Shown in pieces: positions 11,769 through 26,056 of a stretch of DNA of 64,000 bases (the stretch's first letter is position 1; each line of letters begins with the position of its first letter). The position numbers and the translations under genes are program-made. Under the pieces are notes generated by a model. The model saw nothing but the letters and a program-made list of their open reading frames with translations, searched no databases and was not told where the DNA came from. Source of the DNA: Pecten maximus. Its lineage: Eukaryota. Location: positions 3,410,001 through 3,474,000 of the forward strand of contig NC_047026.1 in assembly GCF_902652985.1 (NCBI RefSeq). Reading direction: 5' to 3'.

Positions 11769-14700
11769 TAACAATGTGTCAAAACCAGAAACACATTCCA
11801 TTCTTTTTCAGGGTATTTCTTCTCTTCACGACAATTGTAGACAAGCGGGAATCGATAAAATTGGTCAAAACAGACAACATGGGGCCAATTTATAACCTAG
11901 TTATACGTATACCCTGTGGCACATTTATACACTTGTATTATCGATAGTGTATACGACAGTTTCCTGTATTTCTCCAATAAAATAAGCAATTTGACAAATA
12001 CCACCAAAACGAGACTTAACATGAGCGTAACTAAAGTCGCTTTTTGTCAATAAGGAACAACGGAATAAAAGAAAAAAGTCCAATATTTCGGGTCGTGACA
12101 AACGGCTTTTGTCACTGATCACTCGTTTGTATCCTTCCGCGTGATGAATTAGTCTGGGCATGTTCCAAGAGAACTCTTCAGTGACAATATGCGATGGAAT
12201 TGCTAATCTCGGTAGACTATTTAAGGAGATGTTGTGATGGCGGAACCCTTGGATCCGCTCTCTGTGATCATTAATGTTATTTTGTAAGAGTACGTGGCAC
12301 CGTGGAATAATTTGCTATGGAATTATTTTCTTTAACGCTCAAAAGAAGGAGATGAGGCTTTACCTCAGATTGGCAATGTTGAAAAAGGAGGAGGAAAAAT
12401 CATTAGCAATATTCCTTAATTGAAATTTTTATTATTTTTATAGAAAGTCAATATTGCACGGTGCTAATAGGGTATGACTAAGTTTGCCCCAAGTCACTTT
12501 TGTCCATTTTGTGTGCAGGCTTAAGGCTTACAGGCGATGATTAAATTTTAATTTTAGTAACAAAACGTATGGCATTTGTTTCCAGTATGGCAATTATTGA
12601 CAACAAAGTACAAACACAACTTTGAAAAACAACCACACTAAACTAGCTCCAAAGAGAACTTTTGTCTATCGATAGTACAAAAAAAATCAAAAAATCATTT
12701 TTGTACTTTTTTGCAAAAATGTACTTTAAAAGCAAAAAAAAATAAATAAATGAAATGAAAAGAAAAGAAAAAAAACTTTAATGCAAAAGACAAATGCTTT
12801 GAACAGATTGATCCAAACCAGAAGAATCGTAAGTATAGGGAAATGTCTTTTCCGCCGAGTAAATAATATACCGTCAGCCCATCGATCTATTATATACTGT
12901 TACTTCGACGCATCTATATCCATATAAGAACTGTGATTATTACATTGTGAAATGACCGACTTCTATTCGGGAAATGAAATTGAGTAGAAATGTACATTTC
13001 AGTGACAGTTACGGCTTCTGAAGTGTAGAGCACGCGCTCCTGAGTAATTTGCATAATGTCAGGTTTCATTCCTGTAATATATGTCAGTTTCAATAAAGAT
13101 CGTGCTTTGCTAAAGGGTCGCGTGCATCGTGTGTATAGTAGAGATTTCAGCCCATGTTAGACAATTTGTTTATTCTTCTCATTTCCTTCAAATGAACTTC
13201 AAATTACACAACTTTTTCGAACTTGACTGAAACATTCACCAGCTAAGACACTCACTAAATGTTGTGTTTTATTCAAATGTGGCAAATGGTTATCCAAACT
13301 GATATTTGCATAATTACAGAAGTTGATGAGATACGACTCAAGGAGTGTTTTCTTATGCTCTGACATAACATTTCTCGATACCTACAACACGTATTCGACA
13401 TAAAAGCGCCATTTAAAAAAAATTAAAATGCAATATTAATGCTCTTGCTTATATTATCGACAGTGACTGAACTCCTGCCCCATTCGTTCTACTGGAAACA
13501 GGGGAATGAACATAGCACAGGAAAAAGCCCTCTGGAAGTTCCTGTTGTCGCTGTACTATTTTATTTCTGGTTTACTTTTGAATTGTGTATATTTCTATAT
13601 TCTTATTTACTTTATATACCTTTTGTTAAATCTAATTTAAACTGTTTCATATTAATCAAGCCATTATTAAACACACAACCAATGCGACACGTAAAGTTCA
13701 CCATTAAGTACGAAACTAAAGGTACAGGTATGAAACGTAACATGGTAGTTTCGTATTTATTTTGCATAACGGACAATTTTTGTCATTTTTGTGGTGTCAT
13801 GAATCCTTCAAACTGAAAGATAGTTTGAAACAATTTGAAATATACTCACATTTCTATATAAAACAACAAGCATATTTCTACCAATTTCTACTTAAGAATT
13901 TTAGTTCTACAATATACATGTAATTCAATAATGTTTCTTCATAAAACAAATTGATTTAAAATAAAAATTAAAAAAAAAAATTAAATTACAATTTAATGAG
14001 GGTGTATTAAGTCGAGGCTAGGTGTTATCTCGATTTTAACTTTGATACTAAAAGTATTTGTTTGTTGAGAGTAAATTACAAAATTATTTATCTCAATACT
14101 CATTAAACTTATATCATTGGATGAATCACATGCTACACATGTTCGTCATTATATCTATAATTTATCTCGTTGATTGTGAGTAACATTTGTGATAGAGGGT
14201 GTTTCTGACAGCAGATCAACACGACTAGACAATGAAATTGAATATTGACTAAGTGCATCATGGCATTCCTATGTTGTCGTGATGCGCTACATGTTAATTT
14301 CGCGTTTTAGCCATTGATGACAACTGATAGATTGTGACTCATTGAGCTCAGGGGCACCTACAAAAGCAAGATGCTTTCTTTTATTCCGAGATGATATTGG
14401 AAAGTAATAAATCTTAAAATTCCTCTTTCGTTATGTCGTATTGACAAATGTCACGTGACTTCCTATTATATTTAAACGCTATAAAATAAACTTATGGCCG
14501 AAGCGATTGTTTTTAAGAATATACATGTAATAATATTAAAATGTATATAAACAAACTATTGTCTAATTTTGCATCACAATGCCACCTTGAATCATATGCG
14601 AATTAGACACTCAAAATTAGGAATCAATATTCAATAAAATTCAAACTACAATCAGTGATATATTGATGTCGATAGCTGGTTTAACGATTAATTTTGGTTT

Positions 14701-14869
14701 CTTCTAATCACAAGTTTTTAGGTTAAATAGATAAATTCATTAATTGATGCATTTATTATTACCGGATATATACTTCCATTAGTCCGGACCATGTTCTGAC
14801 TCTGTTGAGGGGTATGAAGTGTTACTTCGCTACCTATGAAATTTATAAGATGTTCACGTTCCTCTGCCC

Positions 14870-17800
14870 CCAAAGACTTCAACCTCCCAATTCTGCCCCC
14901 TAACACTTCCACTTCTCTCCTCTGTCTCCTCACCCTTCCACCTCTTTCCGCTGCTCTTTCACTCTGCTGCCATCACTTTCAATTGCTGCCTCATTCCCCC
15001 ACCTCTCTCCTCTGCCCCTCACACTTCCACTTTCCTCCTCTGCCTCCTCACTCTTCCATCTCCCTCTTCTGAACCCCTCCCTCATACCTATCCTATTGTA
15101 TGTTCTCTCGCTCTTTGGCGCCTTTCCTCGGTTCCCTCATTTTCCGTCTCCTTACTCTTCAAGTTCCCTTTTCTACTCCCTTACCATTTCATCTCTCTCC
15201 TCTCTCCCCTCAACTCTTCCAACTCCCTCCTCAGTGCCCCTCACTCGTTCACGTCTCTCCTCCGTCCCCACACTCTTCCATTTTCCTCGTATATGTCGCT
15301 CACTCTTTAACCTCTCTCCTCAGTGCCCCCACTCCTTAATCTTCCTCCTCAGTTTCCCTCATTCTTCCATCTTTCTCCCTGTCTCCTTTCTCTTCCACCT
15401 CCTTCGTCAGTGCCCCTCACTCATTAACCTCTCTCCTCCGTCCCCTCACTCTTCAACCTCCCTCCTCTATTCCATCACTCTTCAACCTCCCTCCTCAGTA
15501 CCCCTCACTCGTTAACCTCCGTCCCCCCCCCCCCCCCCCCCTCACTCTTTAACCTCTCTCCTCCGTCCCCTCACTCTTTAACCTCCCTGCTCCGTCCCCT
15601 CACTCATTAACCTCTCTCCTTGGTCCCCTCACTCTTCAACCTCCCTCCTCCGTCCTCTCACTCTTCAACCTCCCTCCTCCGTCCTCTCACTCTTCAACCT
15701 CCCTCCTCCGTCCCCTCACTCTTTAACCTCCCTTCTCCGTCCCCTCACTCTTTAACCTCTCTCCTCCGTCCCCTCACTCATTAACCTCCCTCCTCAGTAC
15801 CCCTCACTCCTTAACCTTCCCCTCCCTCCCCTCCCTCACTCTCCTCCTCCCCCCCCCTCACTCTTACCTCTCTCCTCCTCCCCTCACTCTTTACACCTCC
15901 TCCTCGTCCCCTCACTCTTTAACCTCCCTCCTCCGTCCCCTCACTCTTTAACCTCTCTCCTCCGTCCCCTCACTCTTTAACCTCCCTCCTCCGTCCCCTC
16001 ACCCTTTAACCTCCCTCCTCCGTCCCCTCACTCTTTAACCTCCCTCCTCCTCCCCTCACTCTTTAACCTCCCTCCTCCGTCCCTCACTCTTTAACCTCTC
16101 TCCTCCGTCCCCTCACTCATTAACCTCCCTCCTCCGTCCCCTCACCCTTTAACCTCCCTCCTCCGTCCCCTCACTCATTAACCTCTCTCCTCCGTCCCCT
16201 CACCTCTTTAACCTCTCTCCTCCGTCCCCTCACTCTTTAACCTCCTCCTCCATCCCCTCACTCTTTAACCTCCCTCCTCCATCCCCTCACTCTTTAACCT
16301 CTCTCCTCCGTCCCCTCACCCTTTAACCTCCCTCCTCCGTCCCCTCACCCTTTAACCTCTCCTCCTCCGTCCCCTCACTCTTTAACCTCCCTCCTCCGTC
16401 CCCTCACTCTTTAACCTCCCTCCTCCGACCCCTCACCCTTTAACCTCTCTCCTCCGTCCCCTCACCCTTTAACCTCCCTCCTCCGTCCCCTCACTCTTTA
16501 ACCTCCCTCCTCCGTCCCCTCACTCTTTAACCTCCCTCCTCCGTCCCCTCACTCTTTAACCTCCCTCCTCCGTCCCCTCACTCTTTAACCTCCCTCCTCC
16601 GTCCCCTCACTCATTAACCTCTCTCCTCCGTCCCCTCACTCATTAACCTCCCTCCTCCCTCCCCTCACTCTTTAACCTCCCTCCTCCGTCCCCTCACTCT
16701 TTAACCTCCCTCCTCCATCCCCTCACTCTTTAACCTCCCTCCTCCGTCCCCTCACCCTTTAACCTCCCTCCTCCGTCCCCTCACCCTTTAACCTCCCTCC
16801 TCCGTCCTCTCACTCTTTAACCTCCCTCCTCCGTCCCCTCACCCTTTAACCTCCTTCCTCCGTCCCCTCACTCTTTAACCTCCCTCCTCCGTCCCCTCAC
16901 TCTTTAACCTCCCTCCTCCGTCCCCTCACCCTTTAACCTCCCTCCTCCGTCCCCTCACCCTTTAACCATCCCTCCTCCGTCCCCTCACTCTTTAACCTCC
17001 CTCCTCCGTCCCCTCACTCTTTAACCTCCCTCCTCCGTCCCCTCACTCATTAACCTCCCTCCTCCGTCCCCTCACTCATTAACCCTCTCCTCCGTCCCCT
17101 CACCCTTTAACCTCCCTCCTCCGTCCCCTCACTCTTTAACCTCTCTCCTCCGTCCCCTCACTCTTTAACCTCTCTCCTCCGTCCCCTCACTCTTTAACCT
17201 CTCTCCTCCGTCCCCTCACTCTTTAACCTCTCTCCTCCGTCCCCTCACTCTTTAACCTCTCTCCTCCGTCCCCTCACCCTTTAACCTCTCTCCTCCGTCC
17301 CCTCACCCTTTAACCTCCCTCCTCCGTCCCCTCACTCATTAACCTCTCTCCCTCCTCCGTCCCCTCACTCTTTAACCTCCCTCCTCCATCCCCTCACCCT
17401 TTAACCTCTCTCCTCCGTCCCCATCACTCTTTAACCTCCCTCCTCCGTCCCCTCACTCTTTAACCTCCCTCCTCCGTCCCCTCACCCTTTAACCTCCCTC
17501 CTCCGTCCCCTCACTCTTTAACCTCCCTCCTCCGTCCCCTCACTCTTTAACCTCCCTCCTCCGTCCCCTCACTCTTTAACCTCCCTCCTCCGTCCCCTCA
17601 CTCATTAACCTCCCTCCTCCGTCCCCTCACTCTTAACCTCCCTCCTCCTCCCCTCACTCATTAACCTCCCTCCTCCGTCCCCTCACTCTTTAACCTCCCT
17701 CCTCTTCCCCTCACTCTTTAACCTCCCTCCTCCCTCCCCTCACTCTTTAACCTCCCTCCTCCTCCCCTCACTCTTTAACCTCCCTCCTCCGTCCCCTCAC

Positions 17801-20800
17801 CTTTACCTCCCTCCTCCGTCCCCTCACCTTAACCTCCTTCCTCCGTCCCCTCACTCATTAACCTCCCTCCTCCGTCCCCTCACTCTTTAACCTCCCTCCT
17901 CCGTCCCCTCACCCTTTAACCTCCCTCCTCCGTCCCCTCACTCTTTAACCTCCCTCCTCCGTCCCCTCACTCTTTAACCTCCCTCCTCCGTCCCCTCACT
18001 CATTAACCTCCCTCCTCCTCCCCTCACTCTTTAACCTCCCTCCTCCGTCCCCTCACTCTTAACCTCCCTCCTCCGTCCCTCACTCTTTAACCTCCCTCCT
18101 CCGTCCCCTCACTCTTTAACCTCCCTCCTCCGTCCCCTCACTCTTTAACCTCCCTCCTCCGTCCCCTCACTCTTTAACCTCCCTCCTCCGTCCCCTCACT
18201 CTTTAACCTCCCCTCTCCTCCTCCTTTAACCTCCCTCTCTCCCCCCCCTCTTTAACCTCTCTCCTCCGTCCCCTCACTCTTTAACCTCCCCTCCTCCGTC
18301 CCCTCACCCTTTAACCTCCCTCCTCCGTCCCCTCACTCACTCCTCTACCGTCCTCACCTTTCCTCTCTCCTCCGTCCCCTCACTCTTTAACCTCCTCCTC
18401 CTCCGTCCCTCTTTAACCTCTCTTACCTTAACCTCCCTCCTCCGTCCCCTCACTCTTAACCTCCCTCCTCCGTCCCCTCACTCTTTAACCTCTCTCCTCC
18501 GTCCCCTCACTCTTTAACCTCCCTCCTCCGTCCCCTCACTCTTTAACCTCCCTCCTCCGTCCCCTCACCCTTTAACCCCTCTCCTCCTCCCCTCACTCTT
18601 AACCTCCCTCCTCCGTCCCCTCACTCTTTAACCCCCTCCTCCTCCCCTCACTCTTAACCTCCCTCCTCCTCCCCTCACTCTTTAACCTCCCTCCTCCTCC
18701 CCTCACCTTTAACCTCTCTCCTCCGTCCCCTCACCTCTTTAACCTCCCTCCTCCGTCCCCTCACTCTTTAACCTCCCTCCTCCGTCCCCTCACTCTTTAA
18801 CCTCCCTCCTCCGTCCCCTCACTCTTTAACCTCCCCCTCCCTCCCTCTCCCTCTCCCTCTTTAACCTCCCTCCTCCGTCCCCTCACCTCTTACCTCTCTC
18901 CGTACCATCACTCCCTCCTCTCCTCCGTCCCCTCACTCTTTAACCTCCCTCCTCGTCCCCTCACCTTTAACCTCCTCCTCCGTCCCCTCACTCTTTAACC
19001 TCTCTCCTCCGTCCCCTCACTCTTTAACTCCTCCTTCCTCCCTCACTCTTTAACCTCCCTCCTCCGTCCCCTCACTCATTAACCTCCCTCCTCCGTCCCT
19101 CCCTCTTTAACCTCCCTCCTCCGTCCCCTCACTCTTTAACCTCCCTCCTCCGTCCCCTCACTCTTTAACCTCCCTCCTCCGTCCCTCACCCTTTAACCTC
19201 CCTCCTCCGTCCCACTCAACTCTCCTCCTCCCTCACCTTAACCCTCCTTCCCCTCACCTTTAACTCCTCCTCCGTCCCCTCACTCTTTAACCTCCCTCCT
19301 CCGTCCCCTCACTCATTAACCTCCCTCCCTCCGTCCCCTCACTCTTTAACCTCCCTCCTCCGTCCCCTCACTCTTTAACCTCCCTCCTCCGTCCCCTCAC
19401 TCTTTAACCTCCCTCCTCCGTCCCCTCACTCCTTTAACCTCCTCCTCCGTCCCCTCACTCTTTAAACCTCCCTCCTCCGTCCCCTCACTCATTAACCTCC
19501 CTCCTCCGTCCCCTCACTCTTTAACCTCCCTCCTCCGTCCCCTCACTCTTTAACCTCCCTCCTCCATCCCCTCACTCTTTAACCTCCTCCTCCGTCCCCC
19601 TCACTCTTTAACCTCCCTCCTCCGTCCCCTCACTCTTTAACCTCCCTCCTCCGTCCCCTCACTCTTTAACCTCCCTCCTCCGTCCCCTCACTCTTTAACC
19701 TCCTCTCCTCCGTCCCCTCACTCTTTAACCTCCCTCCTCCGTCCCCTCACTCCTTTAACCTCCTCCTCCGTCCCCTCACTCTTTAACCTCCCTCCTCCGT
19801 CCCCTCACTCTTAACCTCTCTCCCCTCCTCCTCCCCTCACTCTTTAACCTCCCTCCTCCGTCCCCTCCACTCCTTTCAACCTCCCTTCCTCCGTCCCCTC
19901 ACTCTTTAACCTCCCTCCTCCGTCCCCTCCCTCTTTAACCTCTCCTCCTCCCTCACTCTTAACCTCCCTCCCGTCCCCTCACTCTTTAACCTCTCTCCTC
20001 CGTCCCCTCACTCTTTAACCTCCCTCCTCCGTCCCCTCACTCTTTAACCTCCCTCCTCCGTCCCCTCACTCTTTAAACCTCCCCCTCCGTCCCCTCACTC
20101 TTTAACCTCTCTCCTCCGTCCCCTCACCCTTTAACCTCCCTCCTCCGTCCCCTCCTCTTTACCTCCTCCTCCTCCCTCACTCTTAACCTCCTCTCCTCCG
20201 TCCCCTCACTCTTTAACCTCTCTCCTCCGTCCCCTCACTCATTAACCTCCCTCCTCCGTCCCCTCACTCTTTAACCTCTCTCCTCCGTCCCCTCACTCTT
20301 TAACCTCCCTCCTCCGTCCCCTCACTCTTTAACCTCTCTCCTCCGTCCCCTCACTCTTTAACCTCCCTCCTCCGTCCCCTCACTCTAACCTCTCTCCTCC
20401 GTCCCTCCCCTAACCTCCTCTCCGTCCCTCCTCTTAACCTCCCTCCTCCGCTCCCCTCACCTCTTTAACCTCTCCTCCTCTCCGTCCCCTCACTCTTAAC
20501 CTCCTCCTCCGTCCCCTCACTCTTTAACCTCCCCCTCGTCCCCTCATTACCTCCTCCTCCCTCACTCTTTAACCTCCCTCCTCCGTCCCCTCACTCTTAA
20601 CCTCCTCTCCTTCCCCTTCCCCCTCCCCCACTTTAACCTCCCTCCTCTGTCCCCTCACTCTTTAACCTCTCTCCTCCGTCCCCTCACTCATTAACCTCCC
20701 TCCTCCGTCCCCTCACTCATTAACCTCTCTCCTCCGTCCCCTCACCCTTTAACCTCCCTCCTCCGTCCCCTCACTCTTTAACCTCCCTCCTCCGTCCCCT

Positions 20801-23800
20801 CACTCTTTAACCTCCCTCCTCCGTCCCCTCACTCTTTAACCTCTCTCCTCCGTCCCCTCACTCTTTAACCTCTCTCCTCCGTCCCCTCACTCTTTAACCT
20901 CCCTCCTCCGTCCCCTCACTCTTTTAACCTCCTCCTCCGTCCCCTCACTCTTTAACCTCCCTCCTCCGTCCCCTCACTCTATTAACCTCTTCCTCTCTCC
21001 GTCCCCTCACTCTTAACCTCCTCCTCCGTCCCCTCACTCTTTAAACCTCCCTCCTCTCCCTCCCTCTTAACCTCCCTCCTCCGTCCCCTCACTCTTAACC
21101 TCCTCTCGCCTACTTTACCTCCTCGTCCCCTCACTCTTTAACCTCCCTCCTCCGTCCCCTCACTCTTAACCTCCCTCCTCCGTCCCCTCACCTTTACCTC
21201 CCTCCTCCTCCTCTCCCCTCACTCTTTAACCTCCCTCCTCCGTCCCCTCACTCTTTAACCTCCCTCCTCCGTCCCCTCACTCTTTAACCTCTCTCCTCCG
21301 TCCCCTCACTCTTTAACCTCCCTCCTCCGTCCCCTCACTCTTTAACCTCCCTCCTCCGTCCCCTCACTCTTTAACCTCTCTCCTCCGTCCCCTCACTCTT
21401 TAACCTCCTCCTCCGTCCCCTCACCTTTAACCTCCCTCCTCCTCCCTCACTCTTTAACCTCCTCCTCTCCACCCTTTAACCTCCCTCCTCCGTCCCCTCA
21501 CTCTTTAACCTCCCTCCTCCGTCCCCTCACTCTTTAACCTCCCTCCTCCGTCCCCTCACTCTTTAACCTCCCTCCTCCGTCCCCTCACTCATTAACCTCC
21601 CTCCTCCGTCCCCCACCTCCTCCCTCTCCTCCTCACCTTAACCTCCTCCTCCGTCCCCTCACTCTTTCACCTCTCTCCTCCGTCCCCTCACTCTTTAACC
21701 TCCCTCCTCCGTCCCCTCACTCTTTAACCTCCCTCTCCGTCCCCTCACTCTTTAACCTCCCTCCTCCGTCCCCTCACCCTTTAACCTCCCTCCTCCGTCC
21801 CCTCACTCTTTAACCTCCTCTCCTCCGTCCCCTCACTCTTTAACCTCCCTCCTCCGTCCCCTCACTCTTTAACCTCTCCTCCGTCCCTCACCCTTTAACC
21901 TCCCTCCTCCGTCCCCTCACTCTTTAACCTCCCTCCTCCGTCCCCTCACTCTTTAACCTCTCCTCCGTCCCCTCACCCTTTAACCTCCCTCCTCCGTCCC
22001 TCACTCTTTAACCTCCCTCCTCCCCTCCCTTCTCCCTCCCCCTCACTCTTAACCTCCCTCCTCCGTCCCCTCACTCTTTAACCTCCCTCCTCCGTCCCCT
22101 CACTCTTTAACCTCTCTCCTCCGTCCCCTCACTCTTTAACCTCTCTCCTCCGTCCCCTCACTCTTTAACCTCCCTCCTCCGTCCCCTCACTCTTTAACCT
22201 CCCTCCTCCGTCCCCTCACCTTTAACCTCCCCTCCCTCCTCTACGTCCCCTCTCACCTCTTTAACCTCTCCTCCTCCGTCCCCTCACTCTTTAACCTCTC
22301 TCCTCCGTCCCTCACTCCTTTAACCTCCCTCCTCCGTCCCTCACTCTTAACCCTCCCTCCTCCCGTCCCCTCACTCCTTTAACCTCCCTCCTCCGATCCC
22401 CTCACTCTTTAACACTCCCTCCTCCGTCCCCTCACTCTTTAACTCTCTCCTCCGTCCCCTCACTCTTTAACCTACCTCCTCCGTCCCCCTCACTCCTTTA
22501 ACCTCCCTCCTCCGTCCCCTCACTCTTCAACCTCTCTCCTCCGACCCCTCACTCATTCTCCCTCTCCGTCCCCTCACTCATTAACCTCCCTCCTCCGTCC
22601 CCTCACTCTTTAACCTCCCTCCTCCGTCCCCTCACTCTTTAACCTCCCTCTCCGTCCCCTCACCTTTAACCTCCTCTCCTCCGTCCCCTCACTCTTTAAC
22701 CTCCCTCCTCCGTCCCCTCACTCATTAACCTCTCTCCTCCGTCCCTCACCCTTAAACCTCCCTCCTCCGTCCCTCACTCTTACCCTCCTCCGTTCCCATC
22801 CTACCCCCTCGCCACCTTTAACCCTCCTCCCTCCGTCCCCTCACTCTTTAACCTCCCTCCTCCGTCCCCTCACTCTTAACCTCCTCTCCTCCGTCCCCTC
22901 ACTCTTTAACCTCCCTCCTCCGTCCCCTCTCCCCTTCATTAACCTCCCTCCTCCGTCCCCTCACTCTTTAACCTCTCCTCCGTCCCCTCACTCTTTAACC
23001 TCCCTCCTCCGTCCCCTCACTCTTTAACCTCCCTCCTCCTCCCCTCCCCTTTAACCTCCCTCCTCCGTCCCCTCACTCTTTAACCTCCCTCCTCCGTCCC
23101 TCACTCTTTAACCTCCCCCTCCGTCCCCTCACTCTTACCTCCTCCTCCGTCCCTCACTCTTAACTCCTCCTCCGTCCCCTCCACCTTTAACCTCCCTCCT
23201 CCGTCCCCTCACTCTTTAACCTCCTCTCCTCCGTCCCCTCACTCTTTAACCTCCCTCCTCCGTCCCCTCACTCTATTAACCTCCCTCCTCGTCCCTCACC
23301 TTAACCTCCCCTCCTCCGTCCCCTCACTCTTTAACCTCCCTCCTCCGTCCCCTCACTCATTAACCTCCCTCCTCCGTCCCCTCACTCTTTAACCTCCCTC
23401 CTCCGTCCCCTCACTCATTAACCTCTCTCCTCCGTCCCCTCACTCTTTAACCTCCCTCCTCCGTCCCCTCACTCTTTAACCTCCCTCCTCCGTCCCCTCA
23501 CTCATTAACCTCCCTCCTCCGTCCCCTCACTCATTAACCTCTCTCCTCCGTCCCCTCACTCTTTAACCTCCCTCCTCCGTCCCCTCACTCATTAACCTCT
23601 CTCCTCCTGTCCCCTCACTCATTAACCTCTCTCCTCCGTCCCCTCACCCTTTAACCTCCCTCCTCCGTCCCCTCACTCATTAACCTCCCTCCTCCGTCCC
23701 CTCACTCATTAATCTCCCTCCTCCGTCCCCTCACTCTTAACCTCTCCTCCTCCGTCCCCTCACCTCTTTAACCTCCCTCCTCCGTCCCCTCACTCTTTAA

Positions 23801-24430
23801 CCTCCCTCCTCCGTCCCTCACTTTTAACTACTCTCTCTCCGTCCCCTCACTCTTACCTCCCTCCTCCGTCCACTCACTTTGTAAACCTCCCTCCTCCGTC
23901 CCCTCACTCTTTAACAACCTCCTCTCCGATCCCCTCATCTTCATTAACCTCCTCCTCCGCCCTCACCTTTAACCTTCCTTTCCGTCCCTCGCACCTATGT
24001 AACCTCCCTGCCTCCGCCCTCACTCATTAACTCACTTCGGATCTACTTTCTGAAAACCTCAACTCTCGCCTCCCACTCAAACCCCCTTCCTCAGTCCCCT
24101 CACTCTTAACTCTGCACCTGTGGTCCCGTCATCTAATAACTTCTGCCCCTTCGTTTAACCTCTGCTGTCCCCTCACTTTAAACCTCTCTCTTCTCCTATA
24201 TTAACTCTCTCCGTCCCTCATTAACTCTGTTGCCCTCACTATACTCCCTCTCTCCCTCCTTAACCTTCGAGTCTACGTTTACTCTTACGTCCATCACTGT
24301 TAACTCACCCTTTAACCTCCCTCCTCCGTCCCCTCACTCATTAACCTCCCTCCTCAGTACCCCTCACTCGTTAACCTCTCTCCTCCGTCCCCTCACTATT
24401 TAACCTCCCTCCTCTGTTCCCTCGCCCTTG
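14870..24430. repeat. ~9.5-kb 29-bp polypyrimidine satellite (ccctcactctttaacctccctcctccgtc), roughly 300 copies plus a degenerate left flank
   Basis: Direct inspection. Homogeneous from ~15540, with diverged proto-units at 14870-15520 and an indel-rich interior. Confidence 0.98.
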
Positions 24431-25834
24431 TCACTTCTCTCTCATACATTCTCGCCTCTCCCTTCAACTTTCAAATGAAATGATCTTGTTGAAACGTCAA
24501 TAATACATCGCCCGTACCTACATCCAGTCGAAATGACACCCCGTTTTCTCAAAAATGTACGACCCAATCAGAGTTAAATATGGGGAAACATGCGGGTTCC
24601 CGTGTAGTTCCATAATAGAGTGTTTCATTACAGTAATTATCGGGGAGAAACTCATATGCTGTCTTCAAAAAATAGAATTAAACTGAACCGTCTTCTCATT
24701 TCTCAAATATAATTTAAGATCGATTACGATACCGTGATTATCTTCATTAAAGTACAAGATTCTGATGAGAGACCGAAATCACCTTTGTTAGAGTACAACG
24801 ATGAATTCTTGCTTTCGGGATTCTTTGCATCCCGTGCACTTTAACGCTTCGAGTCTAAATGGGTATTAAGGACTTAATGAGACTAAAAACCAGAGAAAAC
24901 AGACTGGTAAAAAGTTAAACAAACCTAGTCTGATTTTACAGATACAATATTGGGTAAAATAAAGCTAATGGAACAACATTTAAGTAGAATTGTTTAAGCG
25001 ATAGGAGGAGATTGATAGCTCAGTGATAGCACGCACAGGTGTGATTTTAGATTTTAGAAAGACATATATTTGTGATTCTGCGTTGTCCGGTAGACAAACA
25101 GTAACATGAAATTTCTCTGACGCCAAACATCGAAGGAATTCCGATAACACACCAAGACATTGCTCAGCAGCCATTACACCTTCACACCAACATCTCGTAC
25201 TATCTCGTTTGTGGCGAGATAACTTGAGTGGCAAACTCGCCAAGGGGCACAATGAAATTGGCATAAAGGAAGGAGACCCATGGTGGCGGTGCTGGGAGCA
25301 GACGATGACTACTGCTGTGCCGCTCTTTTCAAAATGGACATGTTTTTTGTTTTTGTATAAATAAGATAAGATAACAATACTCTAGTTGAAAAGATACGAC
25401 GTTTTGTAAAACATTAAAAACTACTTATCAAATACCATCTGAATGTTTCTATCGATATTTTCAAATGTTTATAGTTTTATTTGTCTTTTAGTTTAAAGAA
25501 CTGTGAACATGATATCTTTAAATATTCATATACCCATTCACAATTCTCACCATTTCCGCTCGATATCAGTTGTTATTTTCGGAAACGTTGTCAATATAAG
25601 CCGAGTTCAGAGAATGAGCGGGCAAGAAAATGGACTATCACAAAATCAGTAGTATGCATTTAACACAGAAAGATAAGTAACACCATTAAAAAGGGGAGAA
25701 CCAACCGTTTCTATTAAAAGCTTACGGGAGAATGCTTGTCCATATATGATATTTCAACACGTGGTATCTAGTACGTATATTAAAGGAAGCTAAACTTAAT
25801 ATCTAGATAAATGGAAATTAACATTTAACTTAAC

Positions 25835-26056
25835 GGTGTCTCCTTGTAGTAGCTGGTGGCTACCTCATTCGAGAGGCTTGCCACGTACTATCAACAGTAA
25901 TTTCAGTAGTGTGATTCCTTAAGGAAACAACCGCCACAGGTTAGTTCATGATATTATTTGTCAGGAGGAACACAAAAACCCGAGATGGGATCGAAAACAA
26001 AATCTCGGATTTCATTCGAGGTTAGTTTACTCTACTGGCTGAACTATCTTGGCTCC
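25835..26056 (-). mobile_element. Degenerate copy of the CORE-type SINE seen at 51914-52214
   Basis: gtctccttgtagtagctggtggctacctcat aligns with gtctccttgtagcagttggtgactacttcac (~51972). ctgaactatcttggctcc aligns with the tRNA head ctgagctatctcggcccc. Confidence 0.6.

Noticed and set aside
10979-11895. Pentapeptide-repeat ORFs (EPHFV, AQQSV, WLNKV, SHTLL)
   Set aside because: The 15-bp unit lacks stops in most frames, and a 1-bp insertion at ~11531 shifts frames without apparent constraint.
15540-24420. Each satellite unit contains cctccgtcccctc, matching the human PRDM9 motif CCNCCNTNNCCNC; also a superficial telomere-like G-rich strand
   Set aside because: That motif is specific to certain human alleles and is easily matched by C-rich DNA. 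There are no TTAGGG repeats.
24980-25330. GC-richer block with a perfect Kozak gccaccATGG on the minus strand and a 94-aa ORF
   Set aside because: The Kozak ATG opens only ~35 codons, and no frame gives a recognisable protein.
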